Part shown: piece after piece, positions 30,971 to 40,991 of the stretch | Position numbering within the stretch: position 1 is the first letter of the stretch | Layout: each line of letters starts with the position of its first letter | IMG/VR virus record: IMGVR_UViG_3300034121_001395 | DNA from: a virus | Strand: one strand, 5' to 3' | DNA length: 64,000 nucleotides | The notes under the pieces: model-generated | The model's input: the letters and a program-made list of their open reading frames with translations, nothing else | Database searches by the model: none | Told to the model about the DNA's origin: nothing | Program-made: the position numbers and the translations under genes

Positions 30971-31885
30971 ATGTGTGTCGTAGCAGTAAAATACATTAAG
31001 AAATTTGGTTGGGTCGGCGCTAAAAATCGCGACAGAAACTATTCAACCTCTATCAAGGTTGTAAACTCAAACCGTGACGGCATTCAACGCCTCTTTATTG
31101 ATGATCAAACCACGCGATGGACCGAAGGTGTAAACGAATATGGTTTGTCAATTATTTCTGCATCATTTAGCGTAAAGAGTGATGAAAAAGAAGGAGAAAA
31201 GGTTCTTTCAAAAAATAAAAAGAAGACTCCAATCGTCTCTCCTGACGGCCTTGCAATTCGTAATGCACTTCGTTTGCAGGAGCCTAAAGATGCAGCAAAA
31301 TTTCTAATTGAAAAAGAACTTGCTGGTGCAACATTCATCTTTAACCCTGAAAAATGCTACCTTCTCGAAGGTGGATTTACTGTTAAAAAAGAGGATGCAA
31401 CAAAGGAAAATCCTCGCAAGTATGTCTACAACCTTAAAGAGATAACACAGGAAGAAGATCATTGCGTTCGTACAAATCATGGTATCGATCTAACGATGCT
31501 TGGCTATAGCGCAAAGGCAACTGACCCTCATCTTCAAGCAGCTCGTAAGAGTTCTGAGACTCGCTGGGAAATCGTAAACAACTATCTTCGTGACAATACG
31601 ATTAATGATCCTCATGAGTTTCTCGAGGCAATGTCCCAAAAACCAAATGATGATAAATTCATGAATCCAATACGAACTGGAGACATCAAAAAAGCTGAGA
31701 TGGTCACTACTGGTCAGCTCTTACTTGTTGCTAAAGAACGTACTCTTCACTATCGTCCTATATATTCTGCCGTAGAGTTTGACTATAAAAAGTTAAACTC
31801 TGAAGAGGCAAAGACATTCTTTGAAATAATTTCTAGTAGAAAATTACTTTCTTTCAAAGAATTTGTACTTCCTGAATATAAATAA
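30971..31885 (+). CDS. Ntn-hydrolase-like protein (N-terminal Cys nucleophile)
   Basis: M-C-VV start, KNRDR, EGVNEYGL, RTNHG, SSETR; late promoter at 30943. Confidence 0.7.
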   Translation: MCVVAVKYIKKFGWVGAKNRDRNYSTSIKVVNSNRDGIQRLFIDDQTTRWTEGVNEYGLSIISASFSVKSDEKEGEKVLSKNKKKTPIVSPDGLAIRNALRLQEPKDAAKFLIEKELAGATFIFNPEKCYLLEGGFTVKKEDATKENPRKYVYNLKEITQEEDHCVRTNHGIDLTMLGYSAKATDPHLQAARKSSETRWEIVNNYLRDNTINDPHEFLEAMSQKPNDDKFMNPIRTGDIKKAEMVTTGQLLLVAKERTLHYRPIYSAVEFDYKKLNSEEAKTFFEIISSRKLLSFKEFVLPEYK

Positions 31886-31889
31886 AGTT

Positions 31890-31966
31890 GTATAACCATG
31901 GTGGTTGTACCAGTAGATGCCAGAAATGGGTCTGCTGAACATATATAAAACTCGCTTAAAAAGGAG
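31890..31966 (+). promoter_or_regulatory. ROSE-like RNA thermometer in the hsp20 leader
   Basis: Hairpins at 31890-31910 and 31911-31937 (GAAA loop); CUCGCU (31951-31956) pairs with SD AGGAG (31962-31966) leaving a bulged G. Confidence 0.7.
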
Positions 31967-31974
31967 AAACGAAA

Positions 31975-32382
31975 ATGAAAATAAGTACAACGTATAGGCC
32001 ATTTGGCATTGGGTTCGATCAGCTCTTTCAAGAGTTTGATTCAATTAACAAAGAAAATTCGAATGTTTATCCACCACACAACGTGGTTAAACTCGACGAA
32101 GATCAGTATGTCATTGAGTTAGCAGTCGCTGGATTCGCTGAGTCGGAACTCGACATCGAAACTGTAGAAAATTCGCTAGTGATCACTGGTGAAAAGTCTG
32201 AAAAAGACGAAAGAGAGTATGCCCACAAGGGTATTAGCGCACGTAAATTTACTCGGCGCTTCACGTTGGCAGAGCATGTTGTCGTGAGTGGTGCTTCTCT
32301 ACAAAATGGAATCCTATCAGTCTCGCTTGAGAAACAGGTTCCAGAAGAGAAGAAACCTCGCAAAATTGTAATAAACAAATAA
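31975..32382 (+). CDS. hsp20: Small heat-shock protein (Hsp20/IbpA family)
   Basis: IGFD, YPPHNVVK, IELAVAGF, HKGISARKF, NGIL, PEEKKPRKI. Confidence 0.96.
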   Translation: MKISTTYRPFGIGFDQLFQEFDSINKENSNVYPPHNVVKLDEDQYVIELAVAGFAESELDIETVENSLVITGEKSEKDEREYAHKGISARKFTRRFTLAEHVVVSGASLQNGILSVSLEKQVPEEKKPRKIVINK

Positions 32383-32407
32383 ATAAATAAAAATTAATAC
32401 ATAAAAT

Positions 32408-32456
32408 TAAACCGGCAAAGATTGTTGTTTACATCTTTGCCGGTTTATGTTATAAT
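32408..32456 (+). promoter_or_regulatory. 15-bp perfect inverted repeat overlapping the gp43 promoter (TTTACA 32428, TATAAT 32451)
   Basis: TAAACCGGCAAAGAT (32408-32422) and ATCTTTGCCGGTTTA (32433-32447); 17-bp spacer. Confidence 0.75.
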
Positions 32457-32464
32457 GCTCTTAC

Positions 32465-35026
32465 ATGATTAATGGATTCTATACTTGCATCGAACGAAAG
32501 ATGAATACTCTCCTGTACAGGGGATATGACGAAGACGGACAAAAGATTTATACAACATACAGGTTTCGTCCTGTAATGTATCTCGAAAGTAAGGATAGCA
32601 ATGCAAAGTGGCGGTCTCTCGACGGGTTGCCTCTCGAACCAATGCGGTTTGAGAGCATGTCTGATTGCCGTGCGTTTATTAAGAGCTATGAAGGAATCGA
32701 TAACTTTAAAATTTATGGAAATGATCGTCATATACCTGCTTTTATTCAGGCAGAATTTCCAAATGAAATTAAGTATAACCCTAAAAAGGTTGATGTCGTG
32801 TCTCTTGACATTGAGTGTAAGTCTGATAATGGTTTCCCAGAGCCATCGGTAGCCGATCAAGAAATAACCGCGATTGGCCTCAAGAGCAGTCGGCTCGATC
32901 ACTATATTGTTTGGGGCTTAAAGAGCTATGACCCTTCGCAGTCAAGCGTCCCTCATTTGAAAAAACAATTTAGACAATTTGATAGCGAATCTGAATTGTT
33001 GACAGATTTTTTATCTTGGTGGTCAGACACACTAAACACACCAGACGTTATTACTGGTTGGAACATTCGTTTGTTTGATATTCCATATCTCGTCAATCGC
33101 ATCTCTCGTGTACTTGGTCAAGACTCTGCAAAAAAGATGTCGCCATGGAATTTTGTTGAACAAAAGTCTGTAATGATTAAAGGTAAAGAGAATTTCTTAT
33201 ACAACCTATATGGAATTCAGCAACTAGACTATCTTGACCTCTTTAAAAAGTTTGCAGCAAATACCTATGGCGCCCAAGAGTCTTATCGTCTTGATTTTAT
33301 TGCTGAAGTTGTACTTGGGCAAAACAAGATTGATTATAGTGAATATGGCACACTCACAGAACTTTATGAACGTGACTATCAAAAATTTATTGACTATAAC
33401 ATTGTTGACATTGAACTTATTGAACGTTTAGAAGCCAAACTCGGTCTTATCAACCTTGTGTTTACACTTGCATATTTTGGCGGCGTAAACTATGGAGATA
33501 CATTAGGGACTGTTGCAATTTGGGACAGCATTATTTTTCGAAAACTTGCAACTCGAAAGATTGCGATTCCGCCAAACTCTCGATCATTTAAAACAGACTA
33601 TGCTGGTGGATTTGTTAAAGACCCACAGGTCGGTCGTCACCAATGGGTTATGAGTTTTGACCTTAATAGTCTCTATCCCAATCTTATTATTCAATATAAT
33701 ATGAGTCCTGAAACAATTGTGCCTCATATGAAAGTGGCATCATTGCAGAATGGTGGAGAAGACAAGATTTTAAACTCTGAACAAACATGGGCGCCAGAAG
33801 ACAATCTTGCAGTTGCTGCAAATGGCGCATGCTTTCGTCGTGATAAACAAGGCATCCTTCCAGAAATTATTGAAGAATTATACAACCAACGTGTTGCAGT
33901 CAAACGACAAATGCTTGACTATGAGAAGGAAGCAGAGCTTACTGATAAAAAGACTGCGCGATATCATACACTTCAAATTGAAATTGATCGAGCGAGCAAT
34001 CGGCAAATGTGTTTAAAGATTCTTCTTAATAGTTTGTATGGCGCAGCGGCAAACCAATATTTCAGATACTTTAATCTTGATATTGCAGAAGGTATCACAT
34101 TATCTGGTCAACTTGCAATTCATACTGCAGAAAATGCAGTAAATGAGTATTTGGCGAAGGCTCTTGCTGATAGCATTCCAAAGGATCGTATTGTAGCATC
34201 AGACACAGATTCAATCTATATCAACTTATCAGATGTTGTACAAAAATGTAATCCAAAAGACCCTCATGCATTTTTAATTAAATTTGGTAAAGAGGCTCTT
34301 GAACCAGTAATTCAAACAGCTTATGAAAACTTGTCACGTAAGACAAACTCTTATAAAAACACAATGGTAATGAAAGTAGAAAAGATTAGTAGTGTTGCTA
34401 TCTTTACTGCCAAAAAACGATATATCCTAAACGTTCTTAGTAGCGAAGGCGTGCAGTATACAGAACCAAAAATTGTTATGAAAGGCATTGAGGCTATTAA
34501 AAGCAGTACTCCTAAAATTTGTCGCGAAGAGTTTAAAAAGATTTTTAAGATTTTAGTTACTGGTTCAGAGTCTGATATTCAATCAGAAGTTTCAAAGTTT
34601 CGTGATGTGTTTGACCATTATCCAATTGAAAAGATGGCATTTCCTAGGGGAGTGTCTGATATCAATAAATGGATGCAAAAAGTTGGCGTAAATGGTGTAA
34701 AAGTTCCATATAAGAGTGGCACACCAATTAACAGTCGTGCAGCAATTATGTACAACTCGTTGTTAAAACAACATGGCCTGACCCAACAATATCATCTTAT
34801 TAAAGGTGGTGACAAGATTAAATACATCTATCTTAAAAAGGGTAATCCAACCGGTGAAAACGTTATTGGATTTATTGATACTTTGCCAACAGAATTTGAA
34901 TTAGAAGGTTGGGTGGATCGTGACTTGCTTTTTGAAAAAACATTTTCTGATCCGCTACAACTGGTGCTTGATGCAGTTCATTGGAAAGCAATTCCAGTTG
35001 CAAGTCTTGAAGATTTTTTTAATTGA
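32465..35026 (+). CDS. gp43: Family B DNA polymerase
   Basis: LDIEC exonuclease, FDLNSLYP, KILLNSLYG, SDTDS, KKRY. Confidence 0.98.
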   Translation: MINGFYTCIERKMNTLLYRGYDEDGQKIYTTYRFRPVMYLESKDSNAKWRSLDGLPLEPMRFESMSDCRAFIKSYEGIDNFKIYGNDRHIPAFIQAEFPNEIKYNPKKVDVVSLDIECKSDNGFPEPSVADQEITAIGLKSSRLDHYIVWGLKSYDPSQSSVPHLKKQFRQFDSESELLTDFLSWWSDTLNTPDVITGWNIRLFDIPYLVNRISRVLGQDSAKKMSPWNFVEQKSVMIKGKENFLYNLYGIQQLDYLDLFKKFAANTYGAQESYRLDFIAEVVLGQNKIDYSEYGTLTELYERDYQKFIDYNIVDIELIERLEAKLGLINLVFTLAYFGGVNYGDTLGTVAIWDSIIFRKLATRKIAIPPNSRSFKTDYAGGFVKDPQVGRHQWVMSFDLNSLYPNLIIQYNMSPETIVPHMKVASLQNGGEDKILNSEQTWAPEDNLAVAANGACFRRDKQGILPEIIEELYNQRVAVKRQMLDYEKEAELTDKKTARYHTLQIEIDRASNRQMCLKILLNSLYGAAANQYFRYFNLDIAEGITLSGQLAIHTAENAVNEYLAKALADSIPKDRIVASDTDSIYINLSDVVQKCNPKDPHAFLIKFGKEALEPVIQTAYENLSRKTNSYKNTMVMKVEKISSVAIFTAKKRYILNVLSSEGVQYTEPKIVMKGIEAIKSSTPKICREEFKKIFKILVTGSESDIQSEVSKFRDVFDHYPIEKMAFPRGVSDINKWMQKVGVNGVKVPYKSGTPINSRAAIMYNSLLKQHGLTQQYHLIKGGDKIKYIYLKKGNPTGENVIGFIDTLPTEFELEGWVDRDLLFEKTFSDPLQLVLDAVHWKAIPVASLEDFFN

Positions 35027-35051
35027 AACAAATATATACAATACAAACATT

Positions 35052-35462
35052 ATGAGTACAAATTGGGTAAAAGACATATATGATATGCATGCAAAGTATG
35101 GCGTACATGCCGCAGTTGAAAATTTTGATGCAAATAAACTAAGACAGTTTTTAAACTTTCGTTTGGGTTTTCTTGAAGAAGAGCTTAATGAAACTAAGAC
35201 TGCAGCAACCAGTGAACAAATAGACGCTGAAGAGGTAGTTGATGGACTTATTGATCTGTGTGTTGTTGCAATAGGCACATTAGACGCATTTGGCGTAAAT
35301 GCCTATACAGCATGGAGTGCGGTGCATACAGCAAATATGAACAAAGAGGTTGGAATAAAAGAATCTCGACCAAATCCACTAGGTCTTCCAGATCTTATTA
35401 AACCAGAAGGATGGTGTGCTCCTTCTCACGCAGGCAATCACGGCAAATTAAGTAGTTTATAA
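35052..35462 (+). CDS. MazG/PRA-PH-like nucleotide pyrophosphohydrolase
   Basis: FLEEELNE, EEVVDGLIDL, VHTANMNK, LIKPEGW. Confidence 0.8.
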   Translation: MSTNWVKDIYDMHAKYGVHAAVENFDANKLRQFLNFRLGFLEEELNETKTAATSEQIDAEEVVDGLIDLCVVAIGTLDAFGVNAYTAWSAVHTANMNKEVGIKESRPNPLGLPDLIKPEGWCAPSHAGNHGKLSSL

Positions 35463-35505
35463 AATCATTTACATTCTGTTTAGAATAGATTAGAATAATC
35501 TTCGA

Positions 35506-36447
35506 ATGCAATACAGTCTTACTATATTTACTTCAATATTTGACAATAAGACTCATCGTCAAATGACATTTGATAGTGTTGATGCATTTGAAAAACTGTT
35601 GTATAAACTGAGCGAGCAACCAGGGTATAAACCTAAAAAGGGAGAATTCCGCGCTGGCTCTCCACTAATAAGTCCTGCTCGCTTTGTTGAAAATGAAACA
35701 CGTAAAAATGTGAATGTAATTTCATGGGGAGGGTGGGCAGCACTTGATGTCGATGACTATAATGGTTCCTTTGAAGACACGATAGAAAGCTTTAAAAACG
35801 TTCGATTCATTTGTTACTCTTCTGCAAGTAGCACACCTGAAAAGCCAAAGTTTCGGGTTATATTTCCACTCACATGCGAGGTGCCAGTAGAAAGTATAAA
35901 ACATTTTTGGTATGCACTAAACACAGAATACAACTCATTGGGAGATCCACAAACCAAGGACCTGTCTCGTATGTATTATGTGCCTGCTCGCTATCCAAAC
36001 AGCCACTACTTTATATTCTCACATCATGACGCTCCACTATTGGATCCATACGCGTTGATGGCTAAACATCCATATGTGATCAAAGAGACCGCAGCAACAT
36101 TCCTTGATAAACTGCCCGAGAGCATACGTTTAAAAGTTATACAACATCGGCGCGAATCGCTTACAAATACTTCATACACTTGGAAATCATATCATGACTG
36201 CCCCTTTGTAAATAGAAATATGGTGGCTGATTATCGCAATATCCAACATTCTGGATGGTACACACAAATGTACAAAATAATGGTTAATATTTCTTCTAAC
36301 GCAATGAAGCGTGGTTATCCTATCACACCAGTTGAAGTTGCAACCCTTTGCAAAGAAATAGATCTTGAGACTGGAGGATGGTACAAATCCCGTCCAATGG
36401 AACTGGAGGCCTCCCGGGCCATAGAATTTGCCTCCCAAACATTGTAA
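35506..36447 (+). CDS. Primase-polymerase (AEP-like) domain protein
   Basis: ALDVDD, YSSASS..PKFRVIFPL, DPQTKDLSRMYYVP. Confidence 0.65.
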   Translation: MQYSLTIFTSIFDNKTHRQMTFDSVDAFEKLLYKLSEQPGYKPKKGEFRAGSPLISPARFVENETRKNVNVISWGGWAALDVDDYNGSFEDTIESFKNVRFICYSSASSTPEKPKFRVIFPLTCEVPVESIKHFWYALNTEYNSLGDPQTKDLSRMYYVPARYPNSHYFIFSHHDAPLLDPYALMAKHPYVIKETAATFLDKLPESIRLKVIQHRRESLTNTSYTWKSYHDCPFVNRNMVADYRNIQHSGWYTQMYKIMVNISSNAMKRGYPITPVEVATLCKEIDLETGGWYKSRPMELEASRAIEFASQTL

Positions 36448-36481
36448 ATTCTCACATTTTTGACCTCCGGGAGGCCTCCAG
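36403..36481. repeat. 15-bp perfect GC-rich inverted repeat CTGGAGGCCTCCCGG (36403-36417) and CCGGGAGGCCTCCAG (36467-36481)
   Basis: Read directly; each arm contains the palindrome GGAGGCCTCC. Confidence 0.85.
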
Positions 36482-36533
36482 ATGGTCGGTTTCTCTATAC
36501 GGGGGCACTGTCCGGGGCCTTTTTTCACTTTTA

Positions 36534-36587
36534 TGAAAAAAGTTGTGTACTTTCTGTGGGTTTTATGCTATAATAACCATGTAAGCA
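36534..36587 (+). promoter_or_regulatory. Early promoter cassette, copy 1 (A tract, TGTACT, 17 bp, TATAAT, GTAAGCA leader)
   Basis: 53/54 identical to 48893-48946. Confidence 0.85.
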
Positions 36588-36592
36588 ACAAT

Positions 36593-37735
36593 ATGACACC
36601 ACAAACCAAAATGCAACTCGACGCCCGTAAGTCACTCATCGCTAAAATCGCTCAGCGTCATGCTGCTGACCGTAAATTGATCAAGTCCTTTGAAGTTGAA
36701 GATAGTACTAAAGTTTCAAGCGACTATGATAATCTCGTTCAAGATGAATTTGCTCGAGTGCGTAAAGCTTCTACGTTCAATCCAATTAGTCTCTAATGAA
36801 AAAGATCAAAGCAAAAACTTTTGACTATTCACCCATTGCTCTGAGAGCGCTGACTCGTCATAAGATTGCTCCTCCAACAAAATTCTTTACAGACAGAAAA
36901 AAGGCAAGTTCTAAGCTTGCATGCAGACTCAAATCTCATTGAATATGTACAAAATCAAAACTGAAACACTGCGTGACGTTAAAGAACGTCAAACACTATG
37001 GCTTCCCTGGATGCAAGAAATTTGTGAAGGTCTTAGTTTAGACTCACTAGTCGAGACGACCACCCAAATGTTGCCAATTGGAAACTATCTAGTCTCAATC
37101 AAACCAGCAAATAGAAACACCAAACAATGACACTGCTAACCAAACTATTCGGCAATAAGTCTAAGCGCAAGAATATGAGACCGCTCTATGGTTGGTCGAT
37201 CTTTGCTCTTGATGACAGCGTTCATCTTTCAAGACGCGTCACAGAAGCACAACGTAAACAGATGCAACAACTGCCATGATTTCTACAGTTGAATATATTC
37301 AAAACGGATTTATCTTTGTAAGTTGGGTTGCTGCAGGTTGGCTCGTTGGAGCAGCAGTCACTGCATATCTGATGCGATCATCAAAAAATAAGTAAAAAGC
37401 GATATGTCAACATACGAAAAAAGAGTTCAAGAACTTGAAGATGAAGGTCTTACAACCTCAGATGCGCAAGGGATTGCTGATATGGAATTTGAACAGGAAG
37501 CGGTGTACGAAAACTTTAACCAAATTTTTAGATGACAAATAGTGCTCAATATGAATTAGAAGTGTTGGTGTTATCGGTACCAGACAAATTAGTAGAGTTG
37601 GGACTCATCGACAATGAAGACGAATATTCATTGTTCTATGCGTTGCAGCATCGAGTTAACTCTATACGTTGTAAAAATTCTAAACGTTTAAATTTTTTTA
37701 CTCGGCTAAAAAATAAGTTTTATGGCTGTTGTTGA
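36593..37735 (+). other. Run of very small early ORFs (for example 36593-36796, 36796-36942, 36945-37130, 37532-37735), unknown function
   Basis: Tightly packed ORFs after a strong promoter, several with overlapping start and stop. Confidence 0.55.
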
Positions 37736-38009
37736 AATCTTTTTGAATCGTGGCATAAGCCTCTACGAGGGTCGGCTTGCTAACTACAACCGACTCGTGT
37801 TCGAGTATGAGTCACGATTGTCTGGAGAGGATGCAGCAGAAGAAGCATATAAAATAATAAACTCCGCAACTTTTGAATTGCAAGATGACGAACTTACAAT
37901 TCAGGAAGAATATCTTGCCAACAATCAGGAAATTATTGCCAGCGGAGATGTAGTAGCCATTGATGATGTAGTGTATATTTGTTTGCCGGTCGGTTGGAAA
38001 AAGATGTAA
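37722..38009 (+). CDS. Hypothetical protein
   Basis: SGDVV...YICLPVGW C-terminal motif. Confidence 0.55.
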   Translation: MAVVEIFLNRGISLYEGRLANYNRLVFEYESRLSGEDAAEEAYKIINSATFELQDDELTIQEEYLANNQEIIASGDVVAIDDVVYICLPVGWKKM

Positions 38010-38050
38010 AAAAGTGTGTACAACCCTTTATAGATAATGTATAATACACT

Positions 38051-38215
38051 ATGCAAGTGAATTTTGAAAACGTTGTAGTATTTATTGCATTCGGGCTCTA
38101 TGCCATGGTATGCATTGCTCATGCATATAAACAAAATTATGCATGGGCTGTGGTCTGGGGAGGATACGCTGTATCTAACTTAGGCTTAATTGTAGCGCAA
38201 TCACTAACAAAATAA
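38051..38215 (+). CDS. Small two-helix membrane protein, 54 aa, absent from the ORF track
   Basis: MQVNFENVVVFIAFGLYAMVC...; promoter TGTACA 38017 / TATAAT 38040 directly upstream. Confidence 0.6.
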   Translation: MQVNFENVVVFIAFGLYAMVCIAHAYKQNYAWAVVWGGYAVSNLGLIVAQSLTK

Positions 38216-38220
38216 AAATT

Positions 38221-38940
38221 ATGGGAATGTTCGATTATATAAGAGTAGGAACAACTCTACCAGAGTTGCCAGATGCGGTTATCTCTCATTGGGGAGATAA
38301 AGTAAGTGATATTGCCTTTCAAACGAAAGACACCCCAAACCAAGCAATGTCAACCTATAGGATTGATGGGCATGGCCAATTATGGTTTAAGCAGGTTGAA
38401 GGTCGTTGGGAAAAGGGTGAAGAGGTTGCTGAAGACGCGTCGTTTAGTGAAAAGATAGCCGCAATGGGTCACTTTGTAGTCGAAGCGGAGTGGTATGAGA
38501 AAGAGCCATATACAGGAGCTATCAACTTTTATGAAAGCTATAATCATGCAGAATATAAATCTCCCGAGTTGGATTATGACAGTGATGATTGGAGACGCTT
38601 TGAATCTGGTTGGATTGAATATTGTGCATTGTTTAAAAATGGAAAGCTCGTTGAAGATATCACGCTTGTAGAGCATAGAGAGCCTAAAAAATATACTGAT
38701 GAAGAGTATGCCGCCAAGCAAGAGGAATGGGTCGCAGATCGCGAAAAGTGGGAAATAACTTTTAAAGAGAATCGTAAAAAATATCCTAGTGCTGAACAAA
38801 AGCTTATAGATAATATTGAACGTGAAACTAAACTAGCAACCGCAATATTTGATGAGCAAGACATATCAAATGCGTTGTCTAACATTAGAATTTTTATTAA
38901 AGAATATAGAGAAAAACATGATAAATGGTACGAACAATGA
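38221..38940 (+). CDS. Hypothetical phage protein
   Basis: MGMFDYI, FQTKD, WIEYCALFKNG motifs. Confidence 0.65.
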   Translation: MGMFDYIRVGTTLPELPDAVISHWGDKVSDIAFQTKDTPNQAMSTYRIDGHGQLWFKQVEGRWEKGEEVAEDASFSEKIAAMGHFVVEAEWYEKEPYTGAINFYESYNHAEYKSPELDYDSDDWRRFESGWIEYCALFKNGKLVEDITLVEHREPKKYTDEEYAAKQEEWVADREKWEITFKENRKKYPSAEQKLIDNIERETKLATAIFDEQDISNALSNIRIFIKEYREKHDKWYEQ

Positions 38941-39460
38941 AAGTAAATGGTATAAGTTTCGTGGCAAGGTTTTTGAATGTGCTGAACACACAATTCGTCA
39001 ATTAAACCTTGCACTCGCATACAACAGATCAAAAGAACGTTATGAAGAAGTTAAACCAAACACAACAAGAAAAAGTTGAGACTGCTAGAGCAGCAATCAA
39101 GCAACTTCAAGATGCAGAAGCTATCATCTATAGCAAACTCATCGAAGAGATAGATTTAGACAATGACTGGCTCTATGACTATGTCTTCAACTGCGCAACT
39201 GAAGATGATTATTCTGCGATGGTAAGAAGAGAAATCTTTGAATAACTATGGCAGCAACAAACGATATTACTGGAGACTCAATTGCTTCACGAGTGCTTTC
39301 AGCTCAAGGACGAGAAAACTTTGATGCTGCATTCAAGAAAAAATCTCTCTACGAATGGTATCTTGATGAGGGCATCATCATTGATGCTGAAGGAGAAGAA
39401 TATCATACACCAGTCAGCTATTCTGAATTTAGAACACACTTTAGAAACAATAGATAAAAT

Positions 39461-39700
39461 ATGAAACTAATCTTAGCAAGTGCAAGTTGGTGCGGTCCGT
39501 GTCAAGTAGTTAAGGCACGATTGCAATCAGAAAATTTAATGGATCGAGTAGAGATCAAAGACGCAGACATCGACGGTGCATTCTTTAAAGATCACGGCAT
39601 CAAATCTGTACCTCGCTTGTTAGTCATTGATGGCGAAACTGTTGTAGAAACAGTTCAGGGTTCGGAAGATATCATCAAACGCATTAAGCAAGATCAATGA
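39461..39700 (+). CDS. Thioredoxin/glutaredoxin-like protein
   Basis: WCGPC and IKSVP. Confidence 0.88.
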   Translation: MKLILASASWCGPCQVVKARLQSENLMDRVEIKDADIDGAFFKDHGIKSVPRLLVIDGETVVETVQGSEDIIKRIKQDQ

Positions 39701-40131
39701 GTTATAACCTTTTTCTAGATGATTTGCGCAAACCAGAGCATGCGTATATCCATCCTAAGCGTGATGGTAATAGCATCGTTATAACGTCGCATAGTTTAGA
39801 AAATATGTCTGGTGTGCCTAACAACGACTGGGTTGTAGTTCGTACTTATGAAGATTTTGTACAAACAATCGAAGAAAAAGGTATTCCTAATGCTGTAAGT
39901 TTTGATCATGATCTGGATGAAGAACATATTCGTCACTATTATAAAGTAACTGAAAGCACCGGAGTTATTGAGTATGGTAATTTAAAAGTAAAAACTGGAA
40001 AACACTGTGCAGAATATTTTGTACAAAAGTATAAAGAACTGCAACCACATCATATTCCCCACGTTTATATACACAGCGCAAATCAATGGGGAGCACAAGA
40101 AATTAGAAAAGTATTAAAAGAAATTTGTTAA
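39697..40131 (+). CDS. Cyclic-phosphate-processing receiver-domain protein
   Basis: LFLDDLR, SFDHDL, TGKHCA, HSAN. Confidence 0.75.
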   Translation: MSYNLFLDDLRKPEHAYIHPKRDGNSIVITSHSLENMSGVPNNDWVVVRTYEDFVQTIEEKGIPNAVSFDHDLDEEHIRHYYKVTESTGVIEYGNLKVKTGKHCAEYFVQKYKELQPHHIPHVYIHSANQWGAQEIRKVLKEIC

Positions 40132-40132
40132 A

Positions 40133-40651
40133 ATGATTAAAAGAATATTTCAAGATTTAGATGAGTGTATCTTGCATACATATGTAAACAGCATGCCGCC
40201 TACCGAGTATGTTGAGTTTATACTCAGTGAAGACATGCATACCTATCGTACGATGATTCGTCCGTGCGCAAAGCGCCTCTTTGAATACTACAACAGTGTC
40301 GTAGGCAAAGAAAATGTTTATATTCTTACAAGCGCAACTTGTGACTATGCTGAAAGCTTGAATCGTCTTGGTGAGTTTGGTTTAGATAACGATCACATTT
40401 ACACACGCGAAGACATTCAGCAGTATAGCATTTCACATGGCTATGGTGGCGAAAGCACTCTTCCAATGCCTATCGCTGATAAAGACAATGTTCTCATTGA
40501 CAATCTTCCACCTCGCTATAATTACAACAAGATGGACATGATGGGCATCGTCACTAAAAACTACTATCAAACAAGAGAGTATTATGGCTTGAATGATGAT
40601 GACGAATATTTCTTTGAAGATGTTGTAGAGTTTATCAAAGCGAGACTATGA
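40133..40651 (+). CDS. HAD-superfamily (NIF/FCP1-like) phosphatase
   Basis: DLDECILHT, IRP, ILTSA, LIDN. Confidence 0.7.
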   Translation: MIKRIFQDLDECILHTYVNSMPPTEYVEFILSEDMHTYRTMIRPCAKRLFEYYNSVVGKENVYILTSATCDYAESLNRLGEFGLDNDHIYTREDIQQYSISHGYGGESTLPMPIADKDNVLIDNLPPRYNYNKMDMMGIVTKNYYQTREYYGLNDDDEYFFEDVVEFIKARL

Positions 40652-40991
40652 GCAGAGAGCTTAAATTTAGAGTTTATATTCCAGAACATGAAGGATTTTC
40701 TTATTTTGAATTAGGAAATTTTGATTATTCAGACAGATATTTGTATCAACATAACTATCCTGTTCAACAATACACTGGACTCAAAGATAAAACGGTGATG
40801 AGATTTATGAGGGAGATATTGTAAAAGCGACATCTGACCAATACGAAAATGAAAACTTTGTCGGCAAAGTGATTTTTGATGAAGGGTGTTTTTTAACTTG
40901 GATTAATAAAAATGATATTCGGGGAATTTGGGGTGAGGATGATATTGAAGTCATTGGAAACATCTTTGAAAATAGTGAATTATTAAAATGA
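40648..40991 (+). pseudogene. YopX-family gene with a 1-nt frameshift at the A run 40789-40792
   Basis: MSRELKFRV...QYTGLKDK continues in another frame as NGDEIYEGDIV...EVIGNIFENSELL; adding one A restores the family motif. Confidence 0.8.
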
